The notes beneath the pieces were generated by a model. The model was not told the DNA's origin, did no database searches, and was given only the letters and a program-made list of their open reading frames with translations. From NCBI RefSeq assembly GCF_001194135.2, contig NC_068994.1, forward strand, positions 45,151,911 to 45,189,246: a DNA stretch of 37,336 bases, read 5' to 3'. Each line of letters begins with the position of its first letter. Within the stretch, counting starts at the first letter, position 1. Position numbers and translations under genes: made by a program. Below, piece by piece: positions 1 to 12,338 of the stretch. Source of the DNA: Octopus bimaculoides (Eukaryota).

Positions 1-217
1 AAAAAGGGTTAAAAGTTTGTTAAGCAGGAAATGTGGTGTCAAAACAGGAAGTGTGTGTAAGGGGAGACAAATGTTTTTAGTTGGAGTTATGAACTCTTTT
101 TGAACTTCCTGTTGAAAAAGAGTTCATAACTCCAACTAAAAACATTTGTCTCCCCTTACACACACTTCCTGTTTTGACACCACATTTCCTGCTTAACACA
201 AACTTTTAACCCTTTTT
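1..217. repeat. Long near-perfect inverted repeat (arms 1-101 and 115-217, 13-nt spacer)
   Basis: The arms are exact reverse complements except for a 2-nt indel. Confidence 0.95.
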
Positions 218-499
218 CTAAACCTAACAAAACTCTCAACTCTCATGCATCCTTATTTTTCCTACCATTATATACACGAACTACTATTGAACTTCAAAAG
301 CTTAAAGACAATATAATGTATGGGTATATTTATTTTTTATATATATTATTTTTTTATATATTATTTTCTTCATTTTGTACTTCTTTGTAAAAAACATTTT
401 CATTCTCCTTCTTCTTGATAATTTGCTTTCGCAATGAAAACCGGTTAGAAATCTTTATTAAAATATTCTTCCATTTTAGCATTCTTCCTTTTTATTCAT

Positions 500-503
<4 letters not shown>

Positions 504-542
<39 letters not shown>
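504..542. repeat. (TA)n microsatellite
   Basis: Direct reading. Confidence 0.97.
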
Positions 543-543
<1 letters not shown>

Positions 544-1957
544 TAGGTATAGCAATACTGTTAACCTGGTGTGAGAACCTAGTATACATAGGCTTCAGAG
601 AGAAGGATTAGTCGAGTACAGAGCGTAATAAGAGTACATAAATGACAAGGGAACAAGAAGTTCATTACATACTTTGTTCTGTTGTCGTACATACATACAT
701 ATATGCATGCATATGTGAATGTTCATGTGTGTGTTTGTGTCTCCCTGTTCTGACATTGTTTGATATTTGTAAATGAATGCCTCTGCCAGTATATTCTGCA
801 TATGGAGAATATTACCTTGTTTTGGGAATCGTGGGTGACAGGAAAGGCATCTGGTTGTAGAAAATCTTCCCCAGTAAATTCTGTCTGGCCTATGGAGAAG
901 TGTATGTTACAATAATGATATAAAAGGACAGTCTTGTGAGTTGAAAGTATGGAGAGCAAGAGTGATTTCAGACTGGTTCTTACCTAAAGGTAATTTAATG
1001 TGGCTTCAAAGGGAACTTCTTAATCACACACCCATGGTACTGATAATTTTTTTTTTTTTGTAAATATAATGAAGAAAATTTCTCATTACACCATAACCTC
1101 ACATTGTTTTAATTATTGATAAAATGATGACTTCAAAAAACATTGATAGTTAGGGGCTTGTTACCTTCCAGCTTGGCAATCTTGTGACAGTCCCATTTTA
1201 TATTTGGGCATTCTGCCTGGCATGGTACCTTCGTGTAATGAATGCATTTATCCTCGTACTCTCACCTAATACAAATGTGAGCAGTGCTCAAATGTAAGAT
1301 GCACTTGTACTTTATAAAGAATCAGTAACTGTTAAGAGCCTGAAGTAATTCTAGCATAATGACCTGCAGCAAAAACCTTGGTTGATGAGATGAAGAATGG
1401 TGCGTATACATTAAACTTCTTTAACCTCACAGCTTAAACAAAGCAGTGCTGAATGTAGAAGGGTAGTGTCTTGTTTTTGCTAATGGAATTCTGAAGTAAA
1501 CACTGGCTTAATAAGAATTAATTGCAATATGGTTTAATGTAAAGTGCTTGGTGATTCTGAAGAGAAAAGGCAATATCCTTGATGTGGAATTATGTTAATG
1601 GTATAAAAATTTGATATTATTTGTGTGAAAAGTATTGGCAGTTTAGTTAAAATCTAGAAGAGAACACATTTGAACAGATACAAGTTAGCCAAGTTAATTG
1701 TAGGTACGCTTTTTAATGAATGGGGTCACAGTGGTAAACTCAGTTCGGGTATTGGGTTATTTAGTTATAACCCAATAACTAACCCAATACCTTGCAAGCT
1801 TTTCAGGGTTTCTGCACAAGGTAAAAATCAAAGAATTTTTTTACAATACTGACAAGGAAAGGTACCACATTTTCTTGGGGATATTACCTGATGTTGAATA
1901 GTGGGTTTACTAGCAGTTGATTTTTGCTATGGAAACTAGTTGTGAGCTCTTTTTTTC

Positions 1958-2338
1958 CTCTTTTACTCTCTTTTACTTGTTTCAGTCATTTGAGTGTGGC
2001 CATGCTGGAGCACCGCCTTTAGTTGAGCAAATCAACCCCAGGACGTATTCTTTGTAAGCCTAGTACTTAATTTATCAGTCTCTTTTGCTGAACTGCTAAG
2101 TTACGGGGACGTAAACACACCAGCATCGGTTGTCAAGCTATGTTGGGGGGACAGACACATACACACACACATACATACATACGACAGGCTTCTTTTAGTT
2201 TCCGTCTACCAAATCTACTCACAAGGCTTTGTTCGGCCCGAGGCTATAGTAGAAGACACTTGCCCAAGGTGTCACACAGTTGGACTGAACCTGGAACATG
2301 TGGTTCATAAGCAAGCTACTTACCACACAGCCACTCCT
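1958..2338 (-). mobile_element. tRNA-derived SINE family A, near full length
   Basis: Minus strand has a head AGGAGTGGCTGTGTGGTAAG with A/B-box-like motifs (GTTCAGTCC), a CCTTGGGCAAGTG core-like segment, an internal (TG)n, and a TGAAACAAGTAAAAGAG tail. Homologous to copies at 3361, 10821, 11635, 25900 and 33923. Confidence 0.88.
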
Positions 2339-3314
2339 ATTTGAGATTTTTTTTTTTTTAACATGGTAGAAAGTGACTTCAGTTAGTGTGAAAAGATTTG
2401 TTTTTCTAGCGTTGGTGGTGTTTAGAATCTATGGTAGTAGCTATGGTGGTGGTGTCAGGGTCTATGGTGGCTTTGGCATTAGAATCAACAGTGATGTTAG
2501 GATTTAGAGCAGTGTTGTTTGGATCTGTGGTAGTGTTTGTGGTATAAGGTTACATAAACAACTGAAATAATTGTTGATCTGTGTAGTTTGTCGTGGCATG
2601 GGTAGATGTGTTTGATTTGTGCATTTTGATTGTCACGAATGCATTATCTCTGCAACTGAAGGGGATTGTCCACACAAGTCAGTGGTGTTCGTCATTTGTA
2701 CTTGATAGGAGCAATAAAATGAAATCTTGTTTTGAATGATTTGCTACTTGGCAAGAGATTTCAAATGAGGGTGTGTTTAAGGTGAGGAAGTTTTATTTAT
2801 GGTGTAAGTGGAAGTCTTTCTTCGTTGTCAACACACAAGTACTATTAAGGTAATTTATTTCATATAGCAAATTAAGGAAATCCCCCCCCCCCCAAATGAT
2901 GACTTGCACAAAAAAACTGCAACAGCAGATAACAGCAGTGGTTTAATTTCTTTTGATTGGGCAGGAACGATCAGTTCCTTTTAAGGTCTGGGTTGACCTC
3001 AGTAAGTGGATTGAACCAGGGACCCCGTGATTGGATAAGTGAACTTAAGCATTTAGTCATACCTGTGTCATCACACACCTCCATGCGCATGCGCATAATA
3101 CAAACATACCTGTACGCACCCTCACTCTTACTGTACAAACTGTGGTTGTTTCAATTTGCTTGATTAATGGACAAACAGGTTCCACACCCTACTTCATGAC
3201 TGAGTGGTTTACTCTAAATTCAGTTGCTCCAACAAACACTTCCCATCTATTCAAACAGGGAAATGTCAGAGTAAAATAGCAAAACAAACAAAACAGGACA
3301 AAAAAAAAAACAAT

Positions 3315-3354
<40 letters not shown>

Positions 3355-3360
3355 CGCCTT

Positions 3361-3738
3361 TACCTTTTATCTTGTTTCAGTCACTGGATTTTACAGTCAT
3401 ACTGGAGCGCTGCCTTGAAGGGTTTAGTTGAACAAATCAGCTCCAGTGCTTATTTTTTAAGCTGGGTGCTTATTCTATTTGTCTCTTTTACTTAGCAGCT
3501 AAGTTATGGGGATGGAAACAAACCAACATAGTTGTCAAGCAGTGGTGGGGACAAGCACAGACACATATATAATGGGCTTCCACACAGTTTCTGTCTACCT
3601 ACCAAATTCACTCACAAGGCGTTGGTTGGCCTAGGGCTATAACAGAAGCTACTTGGCCAATGTACTGTGCTGTGAGATTGAGCCAAAACTGTGTGGTTGC
3701 AAAGCAAGCTTCTAACTACACAGTTGTGCCTGCTCCTG
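3361..3738 (-). mobile_element. SINE family A, older diverged full-length copy
   Basis: Collinear with 1958-2338 along its length; preceded by a poly-T run. Confidence 0.8.
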
Positions 3739-5879
3739 TTAATTAATGAGTCTGTTTTGTTATCCATTTCTGATGTGGTTTTTGATAATCCATTTCAATG
3801 TATCATGAATGAGTGTTATGAAGGACTGACATAATTAATCACAGTGATATTAAATTTCAGTAATGAAATATAGCCAGGCATCGTTTTGAGTCCAAGGAGT
3901 TTGCTTCACAATTATGCAGTTCAGTTTGATGCTATCATAGAAGATTCTATGCAAAAGTCTCATTTTGGCCTCTCTGAATGAAATGTGAACTTGTGTGTTT
4001 GTTTATTGACGTAAAAACTTTATGGAAATAATGTTTGTAAAGGGACATAACTCAGATGAACTTGAACAATTTGATAATAGATGTGGATAAAATGAATACT
4101 AGACTAAGATTTAGGGTTATTGAAATTGGTGCTTGAAGGCTGTGCTCCAGTGTTTCTGCAGTCCAATGGTTGAAACTGGTAAAAGAATGAGATATTGTTC
4201 TGGTAAAAAAAAAAAAAAAAGTTCCTATTCAAAATCACTGAATAAATTTTTAAATTTCAAATGAGAAAAAAGAAACATTTAAGAATGTTGCTAATTTATA
4301 CAGTGGCAGCAACATCAGTAACTAGGAAACCTCTAAATAGTTATTCTTCTGGCTTAGAATAGCAACCAAATATCTCGCATCACACACCCTACCATTTTAA
4401 GATAGGACACTTAGGCAATTTAGTCGTAGATATTTAGAAAGATGGCCTGAATTCACTTTGATCATGGGTGTGGTTGAGCAAAGCTGTCTGAGAATTAGCA
4501 ACGTTTATGAGAAATCTGACCTTGATGAACTATCTAAGGGAATGACTGGGATAAAGTTAAAATGGAAATAATTGGAAGCTGGAAACTAAAGATAAGGGAA
4601 TATAAGTGATCCCTGTTTGACATTGTGTTGTGTAGTAATAGATATACAACTGACATGAAACAGAACAGGTCCATGTTCAACAATCTGTAAATTTTATTGC
4701 TTCTTCTCTCTCTCTTTCTTATCTCCCTCTTCTCTCATGTTCATCTCCCCCTCTCTCTCTTCCCAGGTCAGCTCTGATTGACCAGACCCAGTATGTAGGG
4801 TATGCATAATACTTATAAAAGTTGATCTAAAAGTAACACCCTATTTTTTGTATCTATCAAAAAAAAAAAAAAAAAAAAAGATTTTCTCTTTCTGAGAAAG
4901 AAAAAAACAATAATAAAGCCTTTATAAGTATTTTAATATTCAAATATATTTTTGCTTTAGCTCCAGTATAAAATCTTAGAATAATTTTCAAAATTTCAAA
5001 TCCTGACATAAGAAATAAGTTGTTAGGCACTAAAACCAAACACACACACACACACTCTCTCATGTACACATATAGTTACAATAAAATAAAAATATTAAAA
5101 ATGAAGTTATTTTAAAGTGTTTGCTGACTAGTCTGAGATAAATTCATTCTATGTGAGAAAGTATTTTTAGCCCTTCTTAAAATAATTTTCCGGGTTGGTA
5201 TTTGTAAATTTCCAAAGGGAACATTTTTGCATAACCACCTAATGCTTCAGAATTTGTTCTCATTACCTTTGACATAGTTAGACTCCTGTATCTTAGGTTT
5301 ATACTTTGCACAATATCTAGAATAAATCATGTCATCTGGAGGTCTAGACTTGGCAGTTAGTGTTTGAAAAAAATTACATGATGCATCATAAAACATAAAT
5401 GAATGAAATCTGTATGAGTATTTTATGTCTTGCTGTAAAAGCATTTTTGTTTGGCTCACATGTTTCTCTCTAAAGGTTGTAACAATTATGTTTCAGATTG
5501 ATGCTAGAAATATTTTCTTATATAGAATTAAATCATATGCTCTATAGAGTGTTATGTTTTAATCCAGGAGTGTTTGAAGAATTACTTGTTTTTTTGTAAA
5601 ATTGTGGATGCTAGCTGAAATAGCCTATAGAAAAGGTAGAGAATTCAAGTGGGTTGCTTTTTAATTATTTTTTTTCTAAAACCACTGTGTATCTGTACAT
5701 ATATACTCAGTACCTTCTCTGTCCTTTACCACTTGTAAAAAAAAAAAAAAAGCCTTGCAGACCAAAGCTAAGAGAATAGATCTTGATAAAGCCCAGGATA
5801 GTACAGGAAGTTTGTGTGAAAACCTTGCAGCAGTTCCTNNNNNNNNNNCTACATAAAATGTCTGTGCTTGCATTAAATT

Positions 5880-6680
5880 TCATAACTGAGTGGATTGAGC
5901 CCATTGATCTTAGTATTTGACTGTTTAAAAAATAAAAAAAATAAAAATTTTTTTATACTCTGGAGGGGTGAAATGCAAAATTCACTTTGGCGGGATCTGA
6001 ACACAAAATGTAAAGAACTACAAGAGACACTGCAAAGTATATTTGTTGGTTGCTGTAACATTTTTGCCAATCCATCACCTAAAATCCTATCTACTATAGA
6101 CACAAGGCCTGAAATTTTGTAGGGAGAGAGCTAGTCGATTACATTGACCCCAGTGTCCAACTGGTACTTATTTCATTGATGCTGAAAAGATAGAGCTGGA
6201 AGAAATGCTGCTTAGCACATTGTCTAGTGTGCTAACATTTCTGCCAGCTTGCTTTATAGTGATGATATTTGCCACCAGGGCCTATTCATGTGTATATTAA
6301 ATTACAATAAACATATTACGAAAAAAAGGGGGGGGGGCTGCAGACAATTATATGAGGAATGGGGTAAGACAGATTTGTGTTTCACCGTATATTAGGACAG
6401 ACTAAAAATGTTTTAAATTACTCGATAATTACACCAATTAGGTTTAACAGGGATATAATTGAGAAAAAGGATATAATTTAAAGACAACAGGACAGTTTAA
6501 CTACATGCTCAGCGCAAGCTACGAATTTTGACTGAGGAGCAATTGAATCAACTCTAGTACACATGTGATACTTATTTTATTGACCCACCTCACCCAAAAG
6601 TGTGAATGGCTAAGTATACCTAGACAGGATTTGTATGGAACATAAAGAAATATTTGAGCACATAACACAAGTGAATCAGT
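5880..6680 (-). mobile_element. Cluster of about three degenerate SINE family B copies
   Basis: Homology blocks at about 5880-6080, 6091-6253 and 6510-6680 (GACACAAGGCC, ATTGACCCCAGTG..CTGGTACTTATTT, CTGCCAGCTTGC). Confidence 0.7.
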
Positions 6681-8508
6681 GTGTTTTTTTTTTATCTATG
6701 AGGCTTGTTTATCACCTCTCTCTTCTTATTTTGGATATTTTTTGGAGCACCTCTAAGTCCATACTGTTGTTCAGTTGTAAGTCAGCCTGATTCAGTTGAC
6801 CTATGAGCAGTTCATCTAGTTTTTAAGAATAGTGTGTCTAGGTTTGATTATTGTGTACACTTCCTTCTTTTCTAAGTGTGGTTTGAAGAAGCTCAGCTGT
6901 TATTTCTTGCAAATTGAATAACTGCATAAAGGTTTCCGCCTTTCAGTTTGTATTTGTATCTAATGGGTGATCTTTGAGGGAGAAAGTGGTTATGCACAAT
7001 CACTAAGAAATAGTTCCGTTGTCATATGTGGAATTTCCATTTAAGCTTTGCTTATTTTGGAAACAAACCACAGCAATATCAAAGCTCAGTTATCTGAAAG
7101 CTGAGCTTTTATTTGACAATTGAAATATCTCAAATTCCTGCATTTCTGATCATAGTCCTCCAGACATAAAGACCACATTGGTTTAAATACAGCTATTCTC
7201 CACATTTCTTCGATTTTACATTCCTCTGTATTGCTGGGAAGGGATCCAATTGGTTCATTTATCTCAATTTCATACCAGTTCTCTCTTATGGCTAATGATG
7301 GTAAACTCCACCTATTGTTTGCACCATGTTTTTTTTTCAGGGAGTAAGTAGGTATAATATAGCTGAATGGTTAAGAAGTTTGCCTTGCATTTACTATAGC
7401 TTTGTGTTGACCCATTCCCTGTCAATGAAATTGGGTTACTGGAAACAGTATTGAAGGCTGTTGGGTGGTATGTACCTATAATTCAAAAAGGACAGCATCG
7501 TCAAACAGTCATGCTGATTCTGCTTGAGAATTACATTGAATACATAACATTTATATTACACATGCCCAGAATACTCGTGTTAATTCTGGAGTGGGTAATC
7601 TAGCTGATTGAACAACTGAATCCTTGTCATCAAACAATAGATCCATCACCACCACATAGAGAAATTAATATAAATGCTTAGAGGACGTTCTCTTTTAATG
7701 TCTGTTGAGACGAGATTCATATTACAACACCTACATGGCTTCTGTTGGCTTGGTTATATTTCTCTATCTCAGCACTGTCTCAAGATCATCTTGCCATTCA
7801 GGACCATATCTTCTTTCCAATTTTTAAATTGCTGGAAATGAAGACAAAATGAAAGTATTCTTTCATCTGTTTTCCCCCCACCCCACCAACCAATCATTTC
7901 TAGTAATAATAACAAAGCAGCTTCTATGTGGTCACTTAACTTGCAAAGTAATGGCAATTGAATCTCTCTCGCATATCAAGCCCTACCACCTTTAAACATG
8001 GGCATGTTAGATAATGCAGTTCTAGATGCATTTGGTGGAGAGAGAGGATAGGGCGGTCATAGGTCTGTAGTGCTATGTGACACTCCCTCCTAATTGTAGT
8101 CTCGAGTTTCACCTGCTGCTGAATCCAGTCTGTGTATTTCCTCATGCATTTCTGTGAATCATTGTTGTTAGTCAGTCAGTCATCTTTACTTGTAAATATT
8201 ATGGCTGAGAGAGAAAGAGCAAGCACTGCAGAGTGTCTTCAATTTTGACTTCTTTACATTAGATTGTGTTTTCTCATTGCTGTTCTTAGCTTCATTTGGA
8301 CCTTAGATTCAAAGTTTTGTTTTCATTTTGCGAAGATTAAAAAACATAACCATTTTTTTGGAAATGTTAGGCTTTATGATGTAATGTTTTTATATCCTGT
8401 ATATATGTGTGTATAACCTGTTACTAATTCTCTATTGTATATGTATTTGTTACACAAACACCAGTTTTTACAACCACTTTTGAATATCCTGTTATACACC
8501 AAACTCTA

Positions 8509-8511
<3 letters not shown>

Positions 8512-8597
<86 letters not shown>
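8512..8597. repeat. (CT)n microsatellite, about 43 units
   Basis: Direct reading. Confidence 0.98.
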
Positions 8598-8599
<2 letters not shown>

Positions 8600-9556
8600 C
8601 ACACCCTTTACATTGTTAGTTTAAGTCCGCTTTGCTTTTCCTGCTTTAGGATCAATAAAATAAGTCCTGGTATTGATGTAACAGGCTTGACCTTAGAAGG
8701 CAGTGCAATAGCATGGCAACAGCCCAATGGCCAAACCCATTGAACACTCACATTAAAAAAAAATTGTTTTCATTGTGTTTATTACAAAATTTGAATTGTT
8801 ATTTTAAACTCCTATGTTACTTATGGTCCATCCTATTTAAATTACATTTTCCCCCACTGTTAACTTGATCACCAGAGTATATATTTTTTTTTATAATTCA
8901 CTATGTTTCAGTTGGTTTAATTTCCAATCATCATGTGTCTGATTTCTTGATGTGTATGTAACTCTTACATTAGATTTAATCCAGAAACTTCTGTTGCTTA
9001 ATTAAAGGTAGTTCTTACCCAAGCAGTCACTGGTGTGTATAGTCTGGGATTATATACATATACACATTCAGGAATGAGACTTGATAATGGTTGTAAATGA
9101 AACTGATTGAAATATGTGGGTTTAAGCATTATAAATATACACTCTAAAGACAAGGTTAATAGCATGAACAACATGTATTTGAAGGAGAATAAGGGGATGG
9201 GGAGGCAGGCTGTCAACCCTACTCATTTTGGCAGTCTGTCTCCCCATTCCTTCATTCTCCTTCCCAAGCAATCTTGCCAACTGATTCTTCAACCACCTTG
9301 TACCTTGTGGGACCACCTAAGCACCTTATTACCATTATCTATCTCTTGCAGCTCCTACTGTTTGTTCTCTTTCTTGCCCCTTCTATGAGTTGTGAGTAGC
9401 CATGCAGATCTACAAGAACCTCCATTGCCTCCCTCCTTGCTCCACATAGTTTGAACCCCTCATCTCCCAGGCATGTAGCTGACTAGCACACTAGGTTTGT
9501 AGTTCTGTGAGGTGCATCAATAGTGTTGCTGGAAAGAAAGAAAAAAAAAAAAAGCA

Positions 9557-9710
9557 CTAACCCATGCTGTGAAATGGTTGACACAAGGAGGGGCATCCAG
9601 CCATAGAAACCATGCCAGACAGATATTGGAGCAGGATGTAGTCCTGACACACATAGGATCCTGTCAAACTGTCCAACCCTTGCCAATATGGACGTTAAAT
9701 GGTAATGGTG
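9557..9710 (+). mobile_element. Retroposon 3' tail, family C (AGGGCATCCAGC motif)
   Basis: GGGGCATCCAGCCATAGAAAC...TGTCCAACCCTTGCCAATATGGACGTTAAATG; shared with 24187-24415. Confidence 0.7.
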
Positions 9711-10120
9711 AAGAGTCAAAAGTGGGAACAGCATCTTATGGAGTGAATTCCTCAAGAAGCATTCAGTTCTTGCTGACATTCCATTCTGCCATCGAACTGC
9801 TTGATAAACAATGCATCAACAAAGACCCATCGGAGGAATCTTTTGCATACCAAGAAAATGTGATACAATGCTGTGTTTTTCGAAACTTGATATATGATTA
9901 CTAATATTGCGAGGAAGTGTAGCTATTACTTCATCACACTTTGAAAGTTGTGTTTTCACTATTCAAGTACAAATGGTGTCTACTAAATTACCTGTTGAAC
10001 AAAAATATTGTGAAGCTCATAACCCTGTAAGATGTGAACAAAACGTCACATATCTGTGGATCAGCAGCTAACAAAAAACATGAAAATATCTCCTTCCTAT
10101 ATAGAGTATCACATTGTCAG

Positions 10121-10355
10121 TAAAAGTCTTGTACCTTTATCAGAAGTCTTGTACCTTCATCAGAAGTCTTGTACCTTCATCAGAAGTCTTGTACCTTCAT
10201 CAGAAGTCTTGTACCTTCATCAGAAGTCTTGTACCTTCATCAGAAGTCTTGTACCTTCATCAGAAGTCTTGTACCTTCATCAGAAGTCTTGTACCTTCAT
10301 CAGAAGTCTTGTACCTTCATCAGAAGTCTTGTACCTTCACCAGAAGTCTTGTACC
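10121..10355. repeat. Minisatellite, 20-bp unit CAGAAGTCTTGTACCTTCAT, about 11.8 copies
   Basis: One variant unit (10121-10140), nine perfect units (10141-10320), one single-mismatch unit and a 15-nt partial unit. No spacers. Confidence 0.98.
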
Positions 10356-10820
10356 ATTTTTTTTTGAGGCTCAAGACTTTTCATACACCCCTCATACATA
10401 TATGCACACATAGACATAAATGCACAGACACACGCACACACACACACTTATATATGCACACATATATACTTATATATACAGATGCATATGTGTGTGTATA
10501 CACATACACACACATTACAACATATGAACGATTGGTGGAACACTCCAATCAAAATTTCCACTGAATGCAAACGTTACAGACCAGATACAGTTTTAGACAG
10601 AATAGAAGAATATATATATATGCTGTCGTAGTGGCAGTTGACTTATTTAATTTGATTCCAAATTAGTAATGAACAAAACATTTTAGCCACTTCAAGACCT
10701 ACAACTTTTCTTTGCAGATTCATAAATTTACATTTGTGTCTCTAATCATTGGCACAGTTAGTTATCATGCTAAATGTTTTAGTAGTTATCTAGAAAAGCT
10801 GGATTTTTCAATCCATCTAA

Positions 10821-10928
10821 CCGATAGAATAAGTACTAGGCTTACAAAGAATAAGTCCTGGGGTCGATTTGCTCGACTAAAGGCGGTGCTCCAGCATGGC
10901 CGCAGTCAAATGACTGAAACAAGTAAAG
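10821..10928 (+). mobile_element. SINE family A 3' fragment
   Basis: CCGATAGAATAAGTACTAGGCTTACAAAG...CCAGCATGGCCGCAGTCAAATGACTGAAACAAGTAAA is the reverse complement of the tail of the 1958 copy. It retains CpGs, suggesting a young insertion. Confidence 0.88.
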
Positions 10929-11634
10929 ATAAGGACAAAGAGAATTGTTTTAACCATTCTTGTGACTGTTATGAATATTGTCCTGAGAGGCTCAAGCTTC
11001 AGCATGGGTTTTCTAAATCCTTAAAATTCTATAGATTGCCCTTGAAGTACACCATTGTACTGTGAAGTGCTGTTTGAGAGCCCCTGCTCTAAGCCATAGT
11101 AAATGAATTCACACATGCACACTCATTCATGCCCTGACATATTTGAGCATTTACCCACTCACTTACACATTTACTCGTTTTCACTCTCACAAATCCTCCC
11201 ATTTATACTCCTAACATACACACTTTCACAGAGGCATGCATTTACTTATCACCATGCAATTTTACACCTCATCATACATTCACATGTACCCCACCATGCT
11301 CTCATCCTGCTATGAATATGATCATATCACATGCACATGTTCAACATGTCATATATATGCACACATTCCTGCTACATTTACACACATGCATATTCATGTT
11401 TACACTCACATAAATTCCCCCACACAAACATATGTAGAGAATCAAAATGAAAGAGGTAATTTAAAACCAGTTTGGTCTCATCATTGACTTCCTTAATTGA
11501 GAACAAGTTAAACATTGATAGTTAACCAATAAAAATAGAGATTTTTCTGGTGCTGTTGTCTACTATATTGAAATGTTTAAATGTTTTAGTTAGCCTGCCC
11601 TTGGTCTGTGATGACTGAGTTTGACAGCAGTTGT

Positions 11635-11727
11635 AAAGCAAATCGACCCCAGGACTTATTTTTTGTAAGCCTAGTACTTATTCTATCACTCTCTTTTGCT
11701 GAACTGTCAAGTTACAGGGACGTAAAC
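11635..11727 (-). mobile_element. SINE family A internal/3' fragment
   Basis: AGCAAATCGACCCCAGGACTTATT...GGGACGTAAAC matches the 1958 copy. Confidence 0.85.
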
Positions 11728-12109
11728 TATATTTTTATGAATAAAAATATAGTTACCATTGAGTTTTTATAAAAATATATAAATCAGATACAAAAATAAA
11801 ATATATAAAATATAGTTACCATTCAGGTAATCTTGATCCAAATAACTTATCAAAGCCATTCTAGTTGTGACTGTTTCAGCTTTGTTAGAATTATCAAGGA
11901 TTGCTTCACCCAAAGAACATATTTGTTCACTATTTTTAGTAGGTTGAGCAGTCATATTGAAGCTCTATCATTGACTCATTAAAATACCAGTGATACCATG
12001 CATTAAATAAAACCAATTCTCACAACCTTATTCTTTAAAAATTGTTCTTGTAGCTAATGAAAAGCTATTTTACTGAAATGCTTTTTTGTTTTCTCTTTCC
12101 TGTCTACAG

Positions 12110-12338
12110 GTTGAAAGTGCTGCAAATGTAGAAAGTATTTCCAAGAAAACACAAGAGCCCTCCTCACAATACTTAAAAGACCGTGATATCTGTTTAGCAT
12201 ACTTTGAACAGTGGTGTGAACATGACCAGGTGGAATTTGTACAGCTACTCTGTTCCCGCATGTGTCATTATCAACATGGTCAGATCAACACATTCCTTAA
12301 ACCTATGTTGCAGAGAGATTTTATTTCGGCCTTACCTG
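12110..12338 (+). CDS. BTRC: beta-TrCP/slimb (F-box/WD40 SCF substrate receptor), internal exon A: D (dimerisation) domain
   Basis: Pyrimidine tract plus CAG acceptor (AG 12108-12109). Translates [76 protein letters not shown], matching the beta-TrCP D-domain ([42 protein letters not shown]). Donor G|GTCAGT at 12339, phase 1. Confidence 0.96.

Noticed and set aside
1748-1791. 12-bp inverted repeat GGTATTGGGTTA / TAACCCAATACC with an internal duplication
   Set aside because: Too short, with no target-site duplication or family context.
3004-3060. tRNA gene candidate (GGTTCAATCC on the minus strand)
   Set aside because: No cloverleaf; consistent with a degenerate tRNA-derived SINE head.
9569-9904. 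111-aa ORF as a candidate upstream beta-TrCP exon
   Set aside because: The first half is a retroposon tail. There is no recognisable homology and no convincing splice sites.
10121-10355. CRISPR-like array, or coding repeat (three overlapping ORFs)
   Set aside because: Contiguous tandem units with no spacers in eukaryotic DNA; the ORFs follow from a stop-free 20-nt unit.
10712-11065. 117-aa ORF
   Set aside because: It runs through a SINE fragment and has no recognisable domain.
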